A stretch of 61,044 nucleotides of DNA, taken from the NCBI GenBank assembly GCA_046595615.1, contig JBKJOO010000041.1:1-61044 (forward strand), in the 5' to 3' direction. This DNA comes from Mycobacteriales bacterium (GTDB lineage Bacteria; Actinomycetota; Actinomycetes; Mycobacteriales; SCTD01). Numbering within the stretch: the first letter of the stretch is position 1; every line of letters begins with the position of its first letter. A model generated the notes under the pieces. That model made no database searches, was not told where the DNA came from, and saw only the letters and a program-made list of their open reading frames with translations. Position numbers and translations under genes: made by a program. Shown here piece after piece: positions 45,874-56,333 of this stretch.

Positions 45874-46863
45874 TCACTGCATCTGGTGGGCGGGGGCAGC
45901 GACTGCCGTGAGGAGCTCGTTGACGATGGCGCCTACCGAGACCCCGGTGAACTGGGCCTCGTCCTGTAGAACCAGTCGATGTCCAAGGACCGGCCGCGCG
46001 AGTGCCTGCACGTCGTCGGGGATGACGTGGTCACGGCCGAGCGAGGCCGCCCAGGTCTTGGCGCAGCGGATCAGGGCCAGGCCGCCGCGCACTGATACGC
46101 CGAGCGCCACCTGAGGGTGCCGGCGGGACTCTTCGGAGAGCCGGCTGACGTAGGCGAGGATGGCGTTGTCGACATGGACCTGGCCGGCGAGCATCGACAT
46201 GCCGATCACACCCTGCGCGGTGATCACTGGACTGATGGCCGCGCTGCGGTCGCGGGTCTGGGCCTCGGCGAAGAGCTCGATCGTCGTCGCGTGGTCGGGG
46301 TAGCCGAGGGACGTGCGCATAAGGAAGCGATCGAGCTGCGCCTCGGGAAGGGGGTATGTTCCGGCCTGTTCGATGGGGTTCTGGGTGGCGATGACCATGA
46401 ACGGCTGACCGACGTCGTGGGTGATGCCGCTGTCGCTCACGTGCCCCTCCTCCATGACCTCGAGGAGGGCGGACTGGGTCTTGGGGGAGGCCCGGTTGAT
46501 CTCGTCGGCAAGGACGATCGTGGCGAAGATCGGGCCCCGGCGGAACTGGAACTCCTGGCTGCGTTGGTCATAGAGCGTCACGCCGGTCACGTCGGACGGC
46601 AGCAGGTCGGGCGTGAACTGAATCCGGTTGTGCACGCCGGAGACCGATCCCGCAATCGCCTTGGCGAGCTGGGTCTTGCCGGTACCGGGGTTGTCCTCGA
46701 GGAGCAGGTGCCCCTGTGAGAGCAGGCAGGTCAGCGCGAGCCGGACCTCGTGGTCCTTGCCGCGCACGACGAGGCCGACGTTGTCGGCGAGCTGGGTGAA
46801 GGAACGACCGAAGAAGTCGCGCTGCTCGGGTGTCATGGACATGAAGTCTGCCTTTCCTGCCAA
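45874..46863 (-). CDS. MoxR-family AAA+ ATPase
   Basis: Walker A NPGTGKTQLAKA, Walker B/sensor VLADEINRASPKTQSALLEVMEE. Likely true start is ATG 46842 (GGAAAGG upstream) rather than TTG 46863. Confidence 0.85.
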   Translation of the reverse strand: MAGKADFMSMTPEQRDFFGRSFTQLADNVGLVVRGKDHEVRLALTCLLSQGHLLLEDNPGTGKTQLAKAIAGSVSGVHNRIQFTPDLLPSDVTGVTLYDQRSQEFQFRRGPIFATIVLADEINRASPKTQSALLEVMEEGHVSDSGITHDVGQPFMVIATQNPIEQAGTYPLPEAQLDRFLMRTSLGYPDHATTIELFAEAQTRDRSAAISPVITAQGVIGMSMLAGQVHVDNAILAYVSRLSEESRRHPQVALGVSVRGGLALIRCAKTWAASLGRDHVIPDDVQALARPVLGHRLVLQDEAQFTGVSVGAIVNELLTAVAAPAHQMQ

Positions 46864-49800
46864 TTACCAGTTATTGAAGGTGCCATTAGCCGAGTGGCCT
46901 TGGCCGTCCGTGCACGTCACGGTGACCGAGAAGCGGTATCCCGATTGGACGACATTCGGGCTGTCTTTGGTCTGGTTGGCGCCTTGTGTGAAGCCCACGA
47001 AGCCTCCTCCAGCAGTACTCGTGACGGTGCAGCTCACGTTGCTGGTGAAGTTGGCCGTTGTCACGCCAACGTGGAGGCAGGTAGGTGGGCAAGTCACAAC
47101 CGTTGTCTCAACACGTCCGTGGTAGACGGTCACGGTTGCCGGTGGGGGCGGAGGAGGGTCGGCGGTCTGGGCATTGGAGTCGACCTGGCCCGGGACTGGC
47201 CGCTTGGCACTGTCGATGATGGTCACATGGGCTTGGTCGCGCTGGTTGTATCCCACCCCGTAACCACCGAGGTCCCAGTGCGCCGGTCCAGTGGTCGTCT
47301 TGTCCCAGGCGTGACCGGAGTCCGTCGTGACGTGGACAGTGATCACTCGGCCGTTGCCGTTGGCATCGACGTGGACCTGGAATGTCGTCGGCCCGTCCTT
47401 CGACAAAGACACACCGGGGGTGGGTATCGGACCGAAGGGGGTCACGGTCTGGCTGGTGGCGGTGCTGCCGCACCGGTCCTTCTCGTTGCAGACCTTGAGC
47501 GTGAGAGTGTGGGTCGTTCCGTTCTCGAAGCTCGCCATCTGGTCGAGCGGGCCCCCGCCAGGCGACACCGCCCAGGTGTTGACGACCGCTGTGCCGTCGA
47601 GAAGAGTCACCGTGGCGCTCGCTCCACGCGACGGTGGGACCGTCGCCGTGACGTGCACCTGGCGATCCACGCCAGTGGCCGATGCGGCCCATCCTCCCCA
47701 CGAGGCGGGGTTGCCGATGCTCTGGTAGGCGCCCGAAGTGGCCGGCGGCCCTGCGTGGCCGGGGGTCGCGTTGGCCGCCGAAACGACGTAGGTGTAGGTC
47801 GTCCCGTCGTACGCCACGCCGTCATCGGTGCAGCTGGTCGCCGTAACCCCCGAGCAGATCACCTTGCCGTCATTCCTCCTGACCCCGTAGGTCGTAGGAC
47901 CTGGCCCGTTGGCAACGACCGCTCCCCACGAGACCCGGACTGCGGCTGCCGACCCGTCCGCAGTCGCTATGCCGGCCACCGTGATGCCGGTGGGAGCCAA
48001 GGGGACCCCTGATGACTGGCCCTTGGTGGCCGCCGCGGGTCCGGCGCCCGCCGCGTTGTAGGGCACCACCGCGAAGGTGTTGGGCGCGTTGTTGTCCAAC
48101 CCGCTGGCCCGCACTGAGGTTGCTGCGGTCGTCGTCGACCCGCCGACCCAGGTGACGACGTACTTCGTCACTGGCGAGCCATCGACCACCGCGGCGTTCC
48201 ACCGAAGCTGCATCGAGTGGTCCTGTGGGTCCGACGCGGTGAGGCCGGTGACGGCCTGAGGCTTGGCGTTGGGGGTGACGCCGCCCGAGGACGGTGACCA
48301 CGCGCTCCACCCGGCCTTGTTGTGGGCGCGCACCATGAAGGTGATCGGGCTCCCGTTGGGCAGGCCGGTGATCGTGCACGGCGAGGCCTGACACGTCCGG
48401 GAGGCGCCGCTGCCCCGCACCTCGAAGGAGTCGATCGGTGCTCCGTTGGCCGCCCCCGTCCTCCAGGACAGTACCGCCGAGTGCGACAGCAGTGCCGTCT
48501 GCCCCTGCGGGGCAGACGGGGCATCCGGTACCCCGAACACGGAGAGCGACAGGGTCGTCGTCACCTGGCGGTCACTGCGGGTCTTGTCGCCGACGTCGCT
48601 GGCCGTGACGAGGAAGCTCATGGGCCCGTGCGAGGTCGGCCCCGGGGTCACGGACAGCACTGACCCGTTAGATGTGATGGTGCCGGGCATCCCACTCGTG
48701 TGCCGGGCCGAGACCACGGTGTAGGACGGCGTCGCGAGCGGTGATGTCATGTAGCTGTGCACGTCGACCTGGGCGCTCTGCCCCTGCTTCACCTCTTGCA
48801 AGGTGATGGGCGAGATCGTCGGCGGCGGAGCAGCGACGACGCGCACCGTCATCGTCGCGGGAGTCGCCCTCGTGCCGGTCGCGGTGAGGGAGAACCCCGC
48901 TGTGGCCCCGGGTTTGGCAGAGCTGCCGGCCACGACGGACAGCCGACGGCCGGGTGACCCCTCCACGCGCACATCGCCGGCGGACTTGGTCCAGGTCGTC
49001 GTATACGTGAGCGCGGCGACCTGCGACGGGTCAGGCATCCACACGTGACACAGCGACCCGGGGTCGAACGTCCACGGAGCACCGCCTTCGACGACCGCGA
49101 TGACGTCGGTCGGGCAGTGGAGAACCGGCGTGACCGGGCCGACCTGGACGGGCACCGTGACGAGCACTGTGTGCGCCTTGGGGTCGGTCAGGGAGGTGCC
49201 GTCGGTGACTTCGAAGGTGATGGCCGCTGGGCCGACGTAGCTGCCGTGAGCGGTGACCTGCAGTCGGCCTTTGGCGGGGCTCGTCAAAGTGACCATCCCA
49301 GCGGGAGCAGCCCACAGCCGGTCCTGCGTCGTCAGGGACAGCGGCTTCCTCTTGGGCGAGACGACGTAGTCGGCCAGGGAGACGGTGGCCGACTTCCCCT
49401 GATCCACGGTGATCGACTTGCCGGGCACGGCGTAGGGCAGGTCAGCGCCGACTGCCGGTACGTAGAGCACCGCTGAGGAGACTGCGCCACCGGAGTCGGT
49501 GACCTGGAAGGGAATCGCCTGTGCATGGTCGGCGACCGCGACGGTGATCGCCCCCCCGGTCACGGTGGCGGCAGGGTCCGCCACCTGCGAGATGCGTAGC
49601 GCGGTGGTGTCCCCGTCGGGGTCGTACGCCCGCTTCAGGACGTCGGTTGTCACGGTCGGCGCGCCCGTGGGCTGGGCGGATTCGCTGAATACCCGAGGAG
49701 GCAGGTTGATGCCGTCCTGGGAACGCACCGTGACCGTGGTGAGGGGCCCGTTGCCCGCGTTTCCGCTGAGCCCGTAGCTCAAGACGGCGGGGCGCTCGCC

Positions 49801-52800
49801 TGCGCCTGGGGCGATCATCCGCAGCGGCCCGGTCGCCGACTCCAGGCGAGCGCCGGCGGGGAGCGCGGCATTGGTCTGCGCCAGTGGTCGGATATTCACG
49901 TCGTCGTCGGCGCTCGTCAGGTCGTTTTCCATCGGGTCGATTGTCACGGTGGCCCCCGGGGCCGCCGTGACCGTGTCGGGCACGGAAATCGGCAGCTGCG
50001 GCGCACCCGGCTCGGTGACAGCGATCCGGATCGTCGACGTCGCTGATAGGCCGAAGCGGTCTGTGACGACGTAGTCGACGGAGTCGGTCCCCGACGACGT
50101 CGGGTATGCCTGATAGGTCAGCGAGGTCGGGGAATAGCCCGTTACCCGTCCGAGCTGGCTGGCCGAGCCGACGCCCACGACGGTCGTCGAGTCACCGTCG
50201 GGGTCAGTCCCGCTGGAGGGGATCGGCACCACCACCGTGTCGCCGGCCACGACCCTCGCCTCGAGCGGGTGGGGCGTGGGCGCTTGGTCCGGCCGCGTCG
50301 CCGACGGCGGTGGCAACACGGTGACCTGCACTTGTCCCGTGGCACGCTCACCAGCATCCGTCTGTGCCACGTAAGTGACGAGGATCGTGCGGCTTTGCGC
50401 GGCCGCAGCCGGGGCGACATAGCGCACCTGCTTGCCCACGACGTAAGCCGTCCCGACATCCTTGGACGTCGGTTGGGCGGGATCCAGCACCGGAAGCATG
50501 CCGGCCGCGGGAGCCCCCTCGACATCAGGCAGCAGGCTGAGGGCGGAGCCGCCGACGGTGGAGTCGTTGTCGAGTACCGGCACCAGCACGGAGTCACCGG
50601 CCCGCACTGTTGCGGAGTCCTGCTGCACCACGGGCGGATCGGGCGACACCACCGGAAGCTGGCTGACCGAGACGTCTCCGGTGACGGGCGACCCGACGCC
50701 GTTCGTCAGTGTGTAGTGGACGACTTGCGGGGTCGGGTGGAGGGTGGCAGTGGTTGGCACGATCCGCAGCCAGCGTCCCTTGACCACCGCCACACTCAGC
50801 TGTTGCGGCTGCTCGGCGGTCGCGGACAGCACGGTGAGCATCCCACCGGCGGGGTCGACGTCGTTGGCGACGGCATCGACGGTCGTCGGAGTGGCGCCGT
50901 GCACGGTCGCCTGGTCCGGCATGGCGATCGGGGGCCGCGGCGACGTCGGGCGCGGGACGACGTTGACCCGGATCTGGCCCGTTGCCAATGGTGCTGCCCC
51001 AAAGGCGACGTTGTAGCTGAGGAAGTAGGGGCCTGGTGCCTTCGCTGTCACTGCCAGCTGGCCTGTGGCCAGGTCGGTGGTCACCGTGGTGCCGGGGGGG
51101 GACGCCACGGGCGAGGCCAGCGCCATCTGGGTCGAGGTGTTCGTCGGGTCGGCGCCCGGCAGGTCGTTTTGCAGCGGGCTGACGATGATGCTCGACCCCG
51201 CGTCGCCGCTCGCGACATCGGGCTCGGTGCGGGCCTGGACTCCCGTCGTCGCCGACGCGGCGAGGACCGACACGGTCACGGATGCCGCAGTGGGCTTGGG
51301 GGCGATCCCGTCGGTCACGGTGTAGTCGACCTGTTGCGGGCCGCCCGGGCTCTGCGGAGGAGACGTGTAGGAGACGGTGCCGTCGGCCGCCGCCAGGGCC
51401 ACCCCCGCCTTCGCCGACACGTCGGCCAGCGACACCGGGTCACCGTCGTAGTCACGCCAGTCGGTGAGTAGCGGCATCGACACCCGGGCGCCGGAAGCCA
51501 CCGAGTACGACGGTGCTCTCGAACCGAGAGGGCGCAGGGCGGGTGGGGCGTTCTGGCCTGGCAGTCGGCTCTCCACCGTGACCCGTCCCGAGTCCGTGCC
51601 CCCCTCGGTGCCGTTGTCGATCGTGTAGCTGAAGCTTCCGCTCGGGGCGCCGCTGGGCAGGTGGTAGAGCAGAGTCTGGCCGTCCGGTGACGGCGACACG
51701 CTGGCTCCGTTGTTGGGCTGGGTCACCGAGCTGATCGACAGGATGCGACCCGAGGGGTCGGTGTCGTTGTCGAGCACGTGAAGGACGGTAGTGCGCCCGG
51801 GCCGCGCCCCGAGCTTGTCGTCCGTTGCGGTGGGCTTCTTCTTCCGATCACGTGTCGCCTGGGTGGTGGGGTTCTGATTGTGCTGTGGCTGTTGCGGGGG
51901 CTGCACCTGCTTCCACTGGTCGACGCTGCGCCGTAGGTCGAGGTCGAAGACCCTGCCGTCCGCCTCGTCGTTGAGGACGAAGCTGGCTCGGTTGACCCGG
52001 AAGACCGGCTTCACGAGGGCGCCCTGGCGGTCCAGAGGTATGCGGGTCGCCGTACCGCCTGGGCAGACGGAGACCAGGGTGGCCGAGGTGCCTGCCCACA
52101 CCTCATAGGCACAGCCGGCCACGCGAATGGGCTGCGCTGGCGACCCGAGCGGAGCAGAGTAGAGCGAGGACACTGCCCCTGACCCGTCGAGACGGATCGA
52201 GATGAGGCCGGCCCGTGACCCGAGCAGGACGGAGTCCGCGTCCCCCGAAGGCTGCTGCAGCACAGCCCCCTCGACACCTGGCGGCAGGGCAATGACTGGG
52301 CCGCCGTCCACGGCGACCTTGCCGGCAGTGGGGTCGAGCGCGACGACGTGCGACCCCACGGCTGTGAGCGACACCTGGGCCCACGACGAGGCGGTGCCCC
52401 TGACTGGTGGGGCCAAGCGCGAGCCAGAGGGCGAAATCGTCACGCTGTGCCCGGTGGCGTCAAGGGCATGCACGACGCCGTCGGCGCCGACGACGAGCGC
52501 ACTGGACGGTGCCCGGCCCGCGGGCTGGGGCGAGAGCATTGCCAATGGCTTGGCGTCCAGGCCCAGTCCGTCGAGCCCGATGATGGGAGCCGCGGCGTCG
52601 TACCGTGTCGCCCAGATCTTGCCCGATGCGCGGTCGAGCACTGCGAGCGTGCCGCCGCGTAGGTCGACCACAGCGTCGGCTCCGATGGCTTTGGCCTGGT
52701 CGACGATGGGCGTCCCCGACCGCACGTCGACCGGAACGACTTTTCCACCCGACTCGTCTCGCGCCAGCACCGAGCTCGCATCCTGGAGCACGTCGAGCTG

Positions 52801-53121
52801 GTATGTCGCCTGTGCTCCCCCGGGAGGGTTGAAGACCGCGTCGAGCGCGGCCGCAGACTTGTTGAGACGACCGAACACGCCTTGCAGGTTGTTGGTCACC
52901 CAAATGCCGGCATCGTTGAGATCGACCTTGCGCCCGGGGTAGCCCGACGAGGCGACGGCGAAGGCCGTGAGGGATCCGGCGGCTAGCGCGAGGAGCACGA
53001 TGACGCTAGTCACGCGAATCCGTTTGCCCACCAGCGAATGAGCCCCTCGCCACCCCGTCACGTTGAGCACTCTAGGCAGGTGTGGCCACCCGGCGAAGGG
53101 GCTCGAGGCAGTTGTCACCAA
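46864..53121 (-). CDS. giant membrane-anchored Ig-like/FN3/cadherin-like repeat surface protein (2085 aa)
   Basis: N-terminal signal anchor (IRVTSVIVLLALAAGSLTAFAVA). Long Thr/Val/Pro/Gly-rich beta-repeat body with VLDNDTDPDGD-type and FN3-like modules. Poly-Pro linker + Cys-containing C-terminal domain. Alternative start GTG 53031. Confidence 0.8.
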   Translation of the reverse strand: MVTTASSPFAGWPHLPRVLNVTGWRGAHSLVGKRIRVTSVIVLLALAAGSLTAFAVASSGYPGRKVDLNDAGIWVTNNLQGVFGRLNKSAAALDAVFNPPGGAQATYQLDVLQDASSVLARDESGGKVVPVDVRSGTPIVDQAKAIGADAVVDLRGGTLAVLDRASGKIWATRYDAAAPIIGLDGLGLDAKPLAMLSPQPAGRAPSSALVVGADGVVHALDATGHSVTISPSGSRLAPPVRGTASSWAQVSLTAVGSHVVALDPTAGKVAVDGGPVIALPPGVEGAVLQQPSGDADSVLLGSRAGLISIRLDGSGAVSSLYSAPLGSPAQPIRVAGCAYEVWAGTSATLVSVCPGGTATRIPLDRQGALVKPVFRVNRASFVLNDEADGRVFDLDLRRSVDQWKQVQPPQQPQHNQNPTTQATRDRKKKPTATDDKLGARPGRTTVLHVLDNDTDPSGRILSISSVTQPNNGASVSPSPDGQTLLYHLPSGAPSGSFSYTIDNGTEGGTDSGRVTVESRLPGQNAPPALRPLGSRAPSYSVASGARVSMPLLTDWRDYDGDPVSLADVSAKAGVALAAADGTVSYTSPPQSPGGPQQVDYTVTDGIAPKPTAASVTVSVLAASATTGVQARTEPDVASGDAGSSIIVSPLQNDLPGADPTNTSTQMALASPVASPPGTTVTTDLATGQLAVTAKAPGPYFLSYNVAFGAAPLATGQIRVNVVPRPTSPRPPIAMPDQATVHGATPTTVDAVANDVDPAGGMLTVLSATAEQPQQLSVAVVKGRWLRIVPTTATLHPTPQVVHYTLTNGVGSPVTGDVSVSQLPVVSPDPPVVQQDSATVRAGDSVLVPVLDNDSTVGGSALSLLPDVEGAPAAGMLPVLDPAQPTSKDVGTAYVVGKQVRYVAPAAAAQSRTILVTYVAQTDAGERATGQVQVTVLPPPSATRPDQAPTPHPLEARVVAGDTVVVPIPSSGTDPDGDSTTVVGVGSASQLGRVTGYSPTSLTYQAYPTSSGTDSVDYVVTDRFGLSATSTIRIAVTEPGAPQLPISVPDTVTAAPGATVTIDPMENDLTSADDDVNIRPLAQTNAALPAGARLESATGPLRMIAPGAGERPAVLSYGLSGNAGNGPLTTVTVRSQDGINLPPRVFSESAQPTGAPTVTTDVLKRAYDPDGDTTALRISQVADPAATVTGGAITVAVADHAQAIPFQVTDSGGAVSSAVLYVPAVGADLPYAVPGKSITVDQGKSATVSLADYVVSPKRKPLSLTTQDRLWAAPAGMVTLTSPAKGRLQVTAHGSYVGPAAITFEVTDGTSLTDPKAHTVLVTVPVQVGPVTPVLHCPTDVIAVVEGGAPWTFDPGSLCHVWMPDPSQVAALTYTTTWTKSAGDVRVEGSPGRRLSVVAGSSAKPGATAGFSLTATGTRATPATMTVRVVAAPPPTISPITLQEVKQGQSAQVDVHSYMTSPLATPSYTVVSARHTSGMPGTITSNGSVLSVTPGPTSHGPMSFLVTASDVGDKTRSDRQVTTTLSLSVFGVPDAPSAPQGQTALLSHSAVLSWRTGAANGAPIDSFEVRGSGASRTCQASPCTITGLPNGSPITFMVRAHNKAGWSAWSPSSGGVTPNAKPQAVTGLTASDPQDHSMQLRWNAAVVDGSPVTKYVVTWVGGSTTTAATSVRASGLDNNAPNTFAVVPYNAAGAGPAAATKGQSSGVPLAPTGITVAGIATADGSAAAVRVSWGAVVANGPGPTTYGVRRNDGKVICSGVTATSCTDDGVAYDGTTYTYVVSAANATPGHAGPPATSGAYQSIGNPASWGGWAASATGVDRQVHVTATVPPSRGASATVTLLDGTAVVNTWAVSPGGGPLDQMASFENGTTHTLTLKVCNEKDRCGSTATSQTVTPFGPIPTPGVSLSKDGPTTFQVHVDANGNGRVITVHVTTDSGHAWDKTTTGPAHWDLGGYGVGYNQRDQAHVTIIDSAKRPVPGQVDSNAQTADPPPPPPATVTVYHGRVETTVVTCPPTCLHVGVTTANFTSNVSCTVTSTAGGGFVGFTQGANQTKDSPNVVQSGYRFSVTVTCTDGQGHSANGTFNNW

Positions 53122-53151
53122 AAGGGAGGACAGCCTCTGGGGGACTCCCCC

Positions 53152-54792
53152 TCAGGAAGCACAGCCGGGCGACGACCACTGCCGGCTTGCGTCTGCGCCG
53201 CTAGCGCGCACGACGATGACCTGAACGCACGTGCGCCGACCCGCCGACACCCGCGGAACCGTGACCTTCGTCGACGACGTCACTCCAGAGGGTGCGCCGC
53301 CCACCACCTGCCAGCGAAAAGTGTCTGACGAGAGGGCGGCCGAGTAGTCCCAGGAGAAGACGAGGTCGGCTCCGACACGTCGACCCTGCACGGTCACTGG
53401 CCCGGGGGGAATGACATCCTGTGCCACGCCGGTGGTCACCACCACCTGAGGAGGCGCAGGTGGTGGTGCAGCTTCGTCTCGCGTGATGAGGAGCACGGCG
53501 CCGCTCACGGCCACGGCGACCGCGCCGACGGCGCCAGCGAGCAGCATCCCGCGTCGACGGCCAGCCACAGGGTCGGGCCCATGGGGCAGCTCGACCTCGC
53601 GGGTGCGAGGGCGCTTCGCCGTCGGTGTCCCTGGCGCCCCGCCGGGCGACCGCCCAGCCGGCATGGTTGTGTGGGCCTGAGCCGTCCCCGGGCGCAGCAT
53701 GGTCGGAGACTGAACGCCCGGTTCGCCCTGGGGTGCCACTCGTTCGCTGGCCGATCGCGCGGAGACACGCGCCGGGGGGAGCACCGTCGGAGGTGCTCCA
53801 CCCTGACCGGGAATGGGTGGCGGCGGTGCAAGCGATGACGCCCGCGCAGGGGCCAGACGCGTGGCATGGCTTGGGCCAGCGTCGGCCGCGGATCCTGTCG
53901 TTCCGGAGCCGGCCGCTATCCCTGAGTCAAGAAGTCGCGGTAGGCGCGCGTCCCTCTCGTGGGTGCCCGGCAGCCCCAGCTCTCTCTCGACCGACTGCAA
54001 GCTGGCGATGACCGACCGCATCGACGCCGGACGTTGAGATGGCTCCTTGGCCATCGTTGCCCGTAAGAGGTGGTCAAGGCCCACCGGAACGCCGGGTATG
54101 CCGGTAGGGGGTGCCTGGAGGCTCAGCATCCGCTTGAGAAGCTCGGCCTCGGAGTTGTCCCGGCCCGGGGTGACGAAGGGGGAACGGCCGACAAGGAGGT
54201 GCCATAGCGTCGCCCCGAACGAGTAGATGTCCGAGCGAACCGAGCCCATGTCCTGGTGGAAGAGCATCTCTGGGGCAGCCCACTCCAACGAAACCCCGAC
54301 CGAGTCCGGATCCTCGACGTCCACGCTCGAGGCCGCGATCCCGAAGTCGGTGAGGCGCGGCGCTGCGTTCGCGTCGAGGAGGATGTTGGCTGGCTTGACA
54401 TCGCGATGCCTGAGATCACGTTGATGCGCGTGCTCGAGGGCCGACCCGACGCCGATACCCACAGCGAGGACCTCTGCGACCGTCAAGGGTCGGAGGGCGA
54501 TCAGTCTCTCGAGCGACCCGAGGGCGCAGTACTCCATCGACAGGCACGGCCGCCCGTCCTCCGTCCGGCGCACGCCCCATATCCGCACAATGTGGGGGTG
54601 ATCGAGGCCTGACATGCGTACGGCCTCGGACTCGAACCTCGCCATCTCGTCGGCCCCACCACCGACTCGGGGAACCTTGATCGCCACGTCGCGCTGCAGG
54701 GTGAGGTCGCGGTAGAGATACACATCCCCGAAACCGCCGCCGTCACTGAGCAGACGCAGATGCCGGTGGTCCGGCAGTCGAGGAGCCGTCAT
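53152..54792 (-). CDS. Hanks-type Ser/Thr protein kinase with TM and extracytoplasmic domain
   Basis: GGGFGDVY, VAIKV, HRDVKPANILL, DFGIA. TM LLAGAVGAVAVAVSGAVLLI. C-terminal beta-rich domain. Confidence 0.85.
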   Translation of the reverse strand: MTAPRLPDHRHLRLLSDGGGFGDVYLYRDLTLQRDVAIKVPRVGGGADEMARFESEAVRMSGLDHPHIVRIWGVRRTEDGRPCLSMEYCALGSLERLIALRPLTVAEVLAVGIGVGSALEHAHQRDLRHRDVKPANILLDANAAPRLTDFGIAASSVDVEDPDSVGVSLEWAAPEMLFHQDMGSVRSDIYSFGATLWHLLVGRSPFVTPGRDNSEAELLKRMLSLQAPPTGIPGVPVGLDHLLRATMAKEPSQRPASMRSVIASLQSVERELGLPGTHERDARLPRLLDSGIAAGSGTTGSAADAGPSHATRLAPARASSLAPPPPIPGQGGAPPTVLPPARVSARSASERVAPQGEPGVQSPTMLRPGTAQAHTTMPAGRSPGGAPGTPTAKRPRTREVELPHGPDPVAGRRRGMLLAGAVGAVAVAVSGAVLLITRDEAAPPPAPPQVVVTTGVAQDVIPPGPVTVQGRRVGADLVFSWDYSAALSSDTFRWQVVGGAPSGVTSSTKVTVPRVSAGRRTCVQVIVVRASGADASRQWSSPGCAS

Positions 54793-56333
54793 GCGCCGAA
54801 CGGCTCGACGTGCAGCTCGACGACCCCCGCGAGGACGATCACGCTTCCTGGTTGCACCGCGACGGGCTGGTGAGGTACCAGCTGCTGCCGTCGACCGTTT
54901 CGATGCACGATGTCCGTCCCGTTGCTGGAGCCGAGATCGGTCGCGAGAATGTGCCAGTCGTCCAGCACCAGCGACAGATGGGTGCGCGAGATGGCGCTTC
55001 CCTCGGGGTGGCCCTCGGGATCCGAGATGGTCACAAGCTTGGGGGGCCGACCGGACATCGATGCGGCGGAGCCCGGCTCCCTGCCCAAGATGATGTCGCG
55101 GTCAAGGAGGACCGGGCTCTGCCCCGGAATAGGGATCCGGGCCAGCGGGGGTCGCTCGACCGTCGTCACGGCCGAGGACTCGACAGGAGCACCACACACG
55201 CGACACTGCGGATCTGTGGGTGCGCTCAGATGACCCCGTGGGCAGGTGATCGCTGCGACAAACGTCGTGCCCAACGGCGTCGGGGACATCGGCAGCTGGC
55301 TCCGAAGTCGAGTACGACCGGCCTCGGTGAGATCGAATCCGGAACGGGGTGGGGCGGGGTCGTTCCTCACCTCGGACGAGGGCACTCGTGACGTGGGCAT
55401 CGGTCGCGAGGGCTGTTGGTCTGCGGGAATTGACGCCTCGCGCTTGGCATCATCGGGACGCTGCCATCCGAGGCTGACACCCGGCACATGGTCGATCAAG
55501 GTAGGAGTTCCCGAAGATGGGCCCCCAGCCCTTGGCCCCAGCTCCAGGGACCGCACTTCAGGCCACACGGACTCGATGGACCGCGGATGCTCGACCTGCC
55601 CGACGACCTCGACGACCTCGACTGGCTGGACTTTCTCCGTGGATGGGACCAACTGCGAAGTCGAACCAGTCGCGCCCGTCGTGAAGGCGCCAGTCGCCGC
55701 GACCGGCTGCTCTTTGGTCCATCCCGAGATGAGCGTCCTCGCAGCTGACCGGTCGGGCTGCTCGCCGACTTCAACGGGGTCGTCCTCGGCGGTGCGAACA
55801 GCCTGAGGGGTGACGGCTTCAGTGGGGCCTGAGTGCCCGTCGGACCGCGAGGGCCTGACAAGCGCGTCCGGCGTCGGCGCGGCGAGCATCACGACCAGAC
55901 CCTTCGTCCATACCACCCCGAGGTCGCAGGGCCAGCAGTCCGCCGGGTCGATTGCCAACCGCTCGGAGGAAAAGGCGATGACGACGCGCCCGGGCGGGAC
56001 GTCGTGCTCGGCGTAGGGCTCCCCGCCCGCCAGGTCCCCCGATGGGGTCCGCGCCACGAGTGGGCCGGCGAGCAAGAGGCGGCCGCCGGCGCCGCCTCTC
56101 TCGAGGAGTGCGAACGGGAGGGAGCCCCTTGCGGGCGCCAGCAGCGAGAGCGCGTCGTCAACCGTCCCGTCGGGGATGAGGCGCTCACTGAGCGCCAGCA
56201 AGAGCGGGGCAGGAACATCGCCGGGCAGCATGACGGCCAGTCTCCGGTTGAGCAAAGCGACTCCGTCACCTCGCGTATACCGCCACAAGTAGGTAAAGGC
56301 GTTGGCCTCCGTGCTTGGGCCTTCGTCGCTCAT
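54789..56333 (-). CDS. FHA domain protein with zinc-ribbon
   Basis: C-terminal FHA (ILGREPG...ISRTHLSLVL..DLGSSNGTDIV). CPRGH..x9..CRVCG. 4-nt overlaps with the kinase and phosphatase genes. Confidence 0.8.
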   Translation of the reverse strand: MSDEGPSTEANAFTYLWRYTRGDGVALLNRRLAVMLPGDVPAPLLLALSERLIPDGTVDDALSLLAPARGSLPFALLERGGAGGRLLLAGPLVARTPSGDLAGGEPYAEHDVPPGRVVIAFSSERLAIDPADCWPCDLGVVWTKGLVVMLAAPTPDALVRPSRSDGHSGPTEAVTPQAVRTAEDDPVEVGEQPDRSAARTLISGWTKEQPVAATGAFTTGATGSTSQLVPSTEKVQPVEVVEVVGQVEHPRSIESVWPEVRSLELGPRAGGPSSGTPTLIDHVPGVSLGWQRPDDAKREASIPADQQPSRPMPTSRVPSSEVRNDPAPPRSGFDLTEAGRTRLRSQLPMSPTPLGTTFVAAITCPRGHLSAPTDPQCRVCGAPVESSAVTTVERPPLARIPIPGQSPVLLDRDIILGREPGSAASMSGRPPKLVTISDPEGHPEGSAISRTHLSLVLDDWHILATDLGSSNGTDIVHRNGRRQQLVPHQPVAVQPGSVIVLAGVVELHVEPFGA

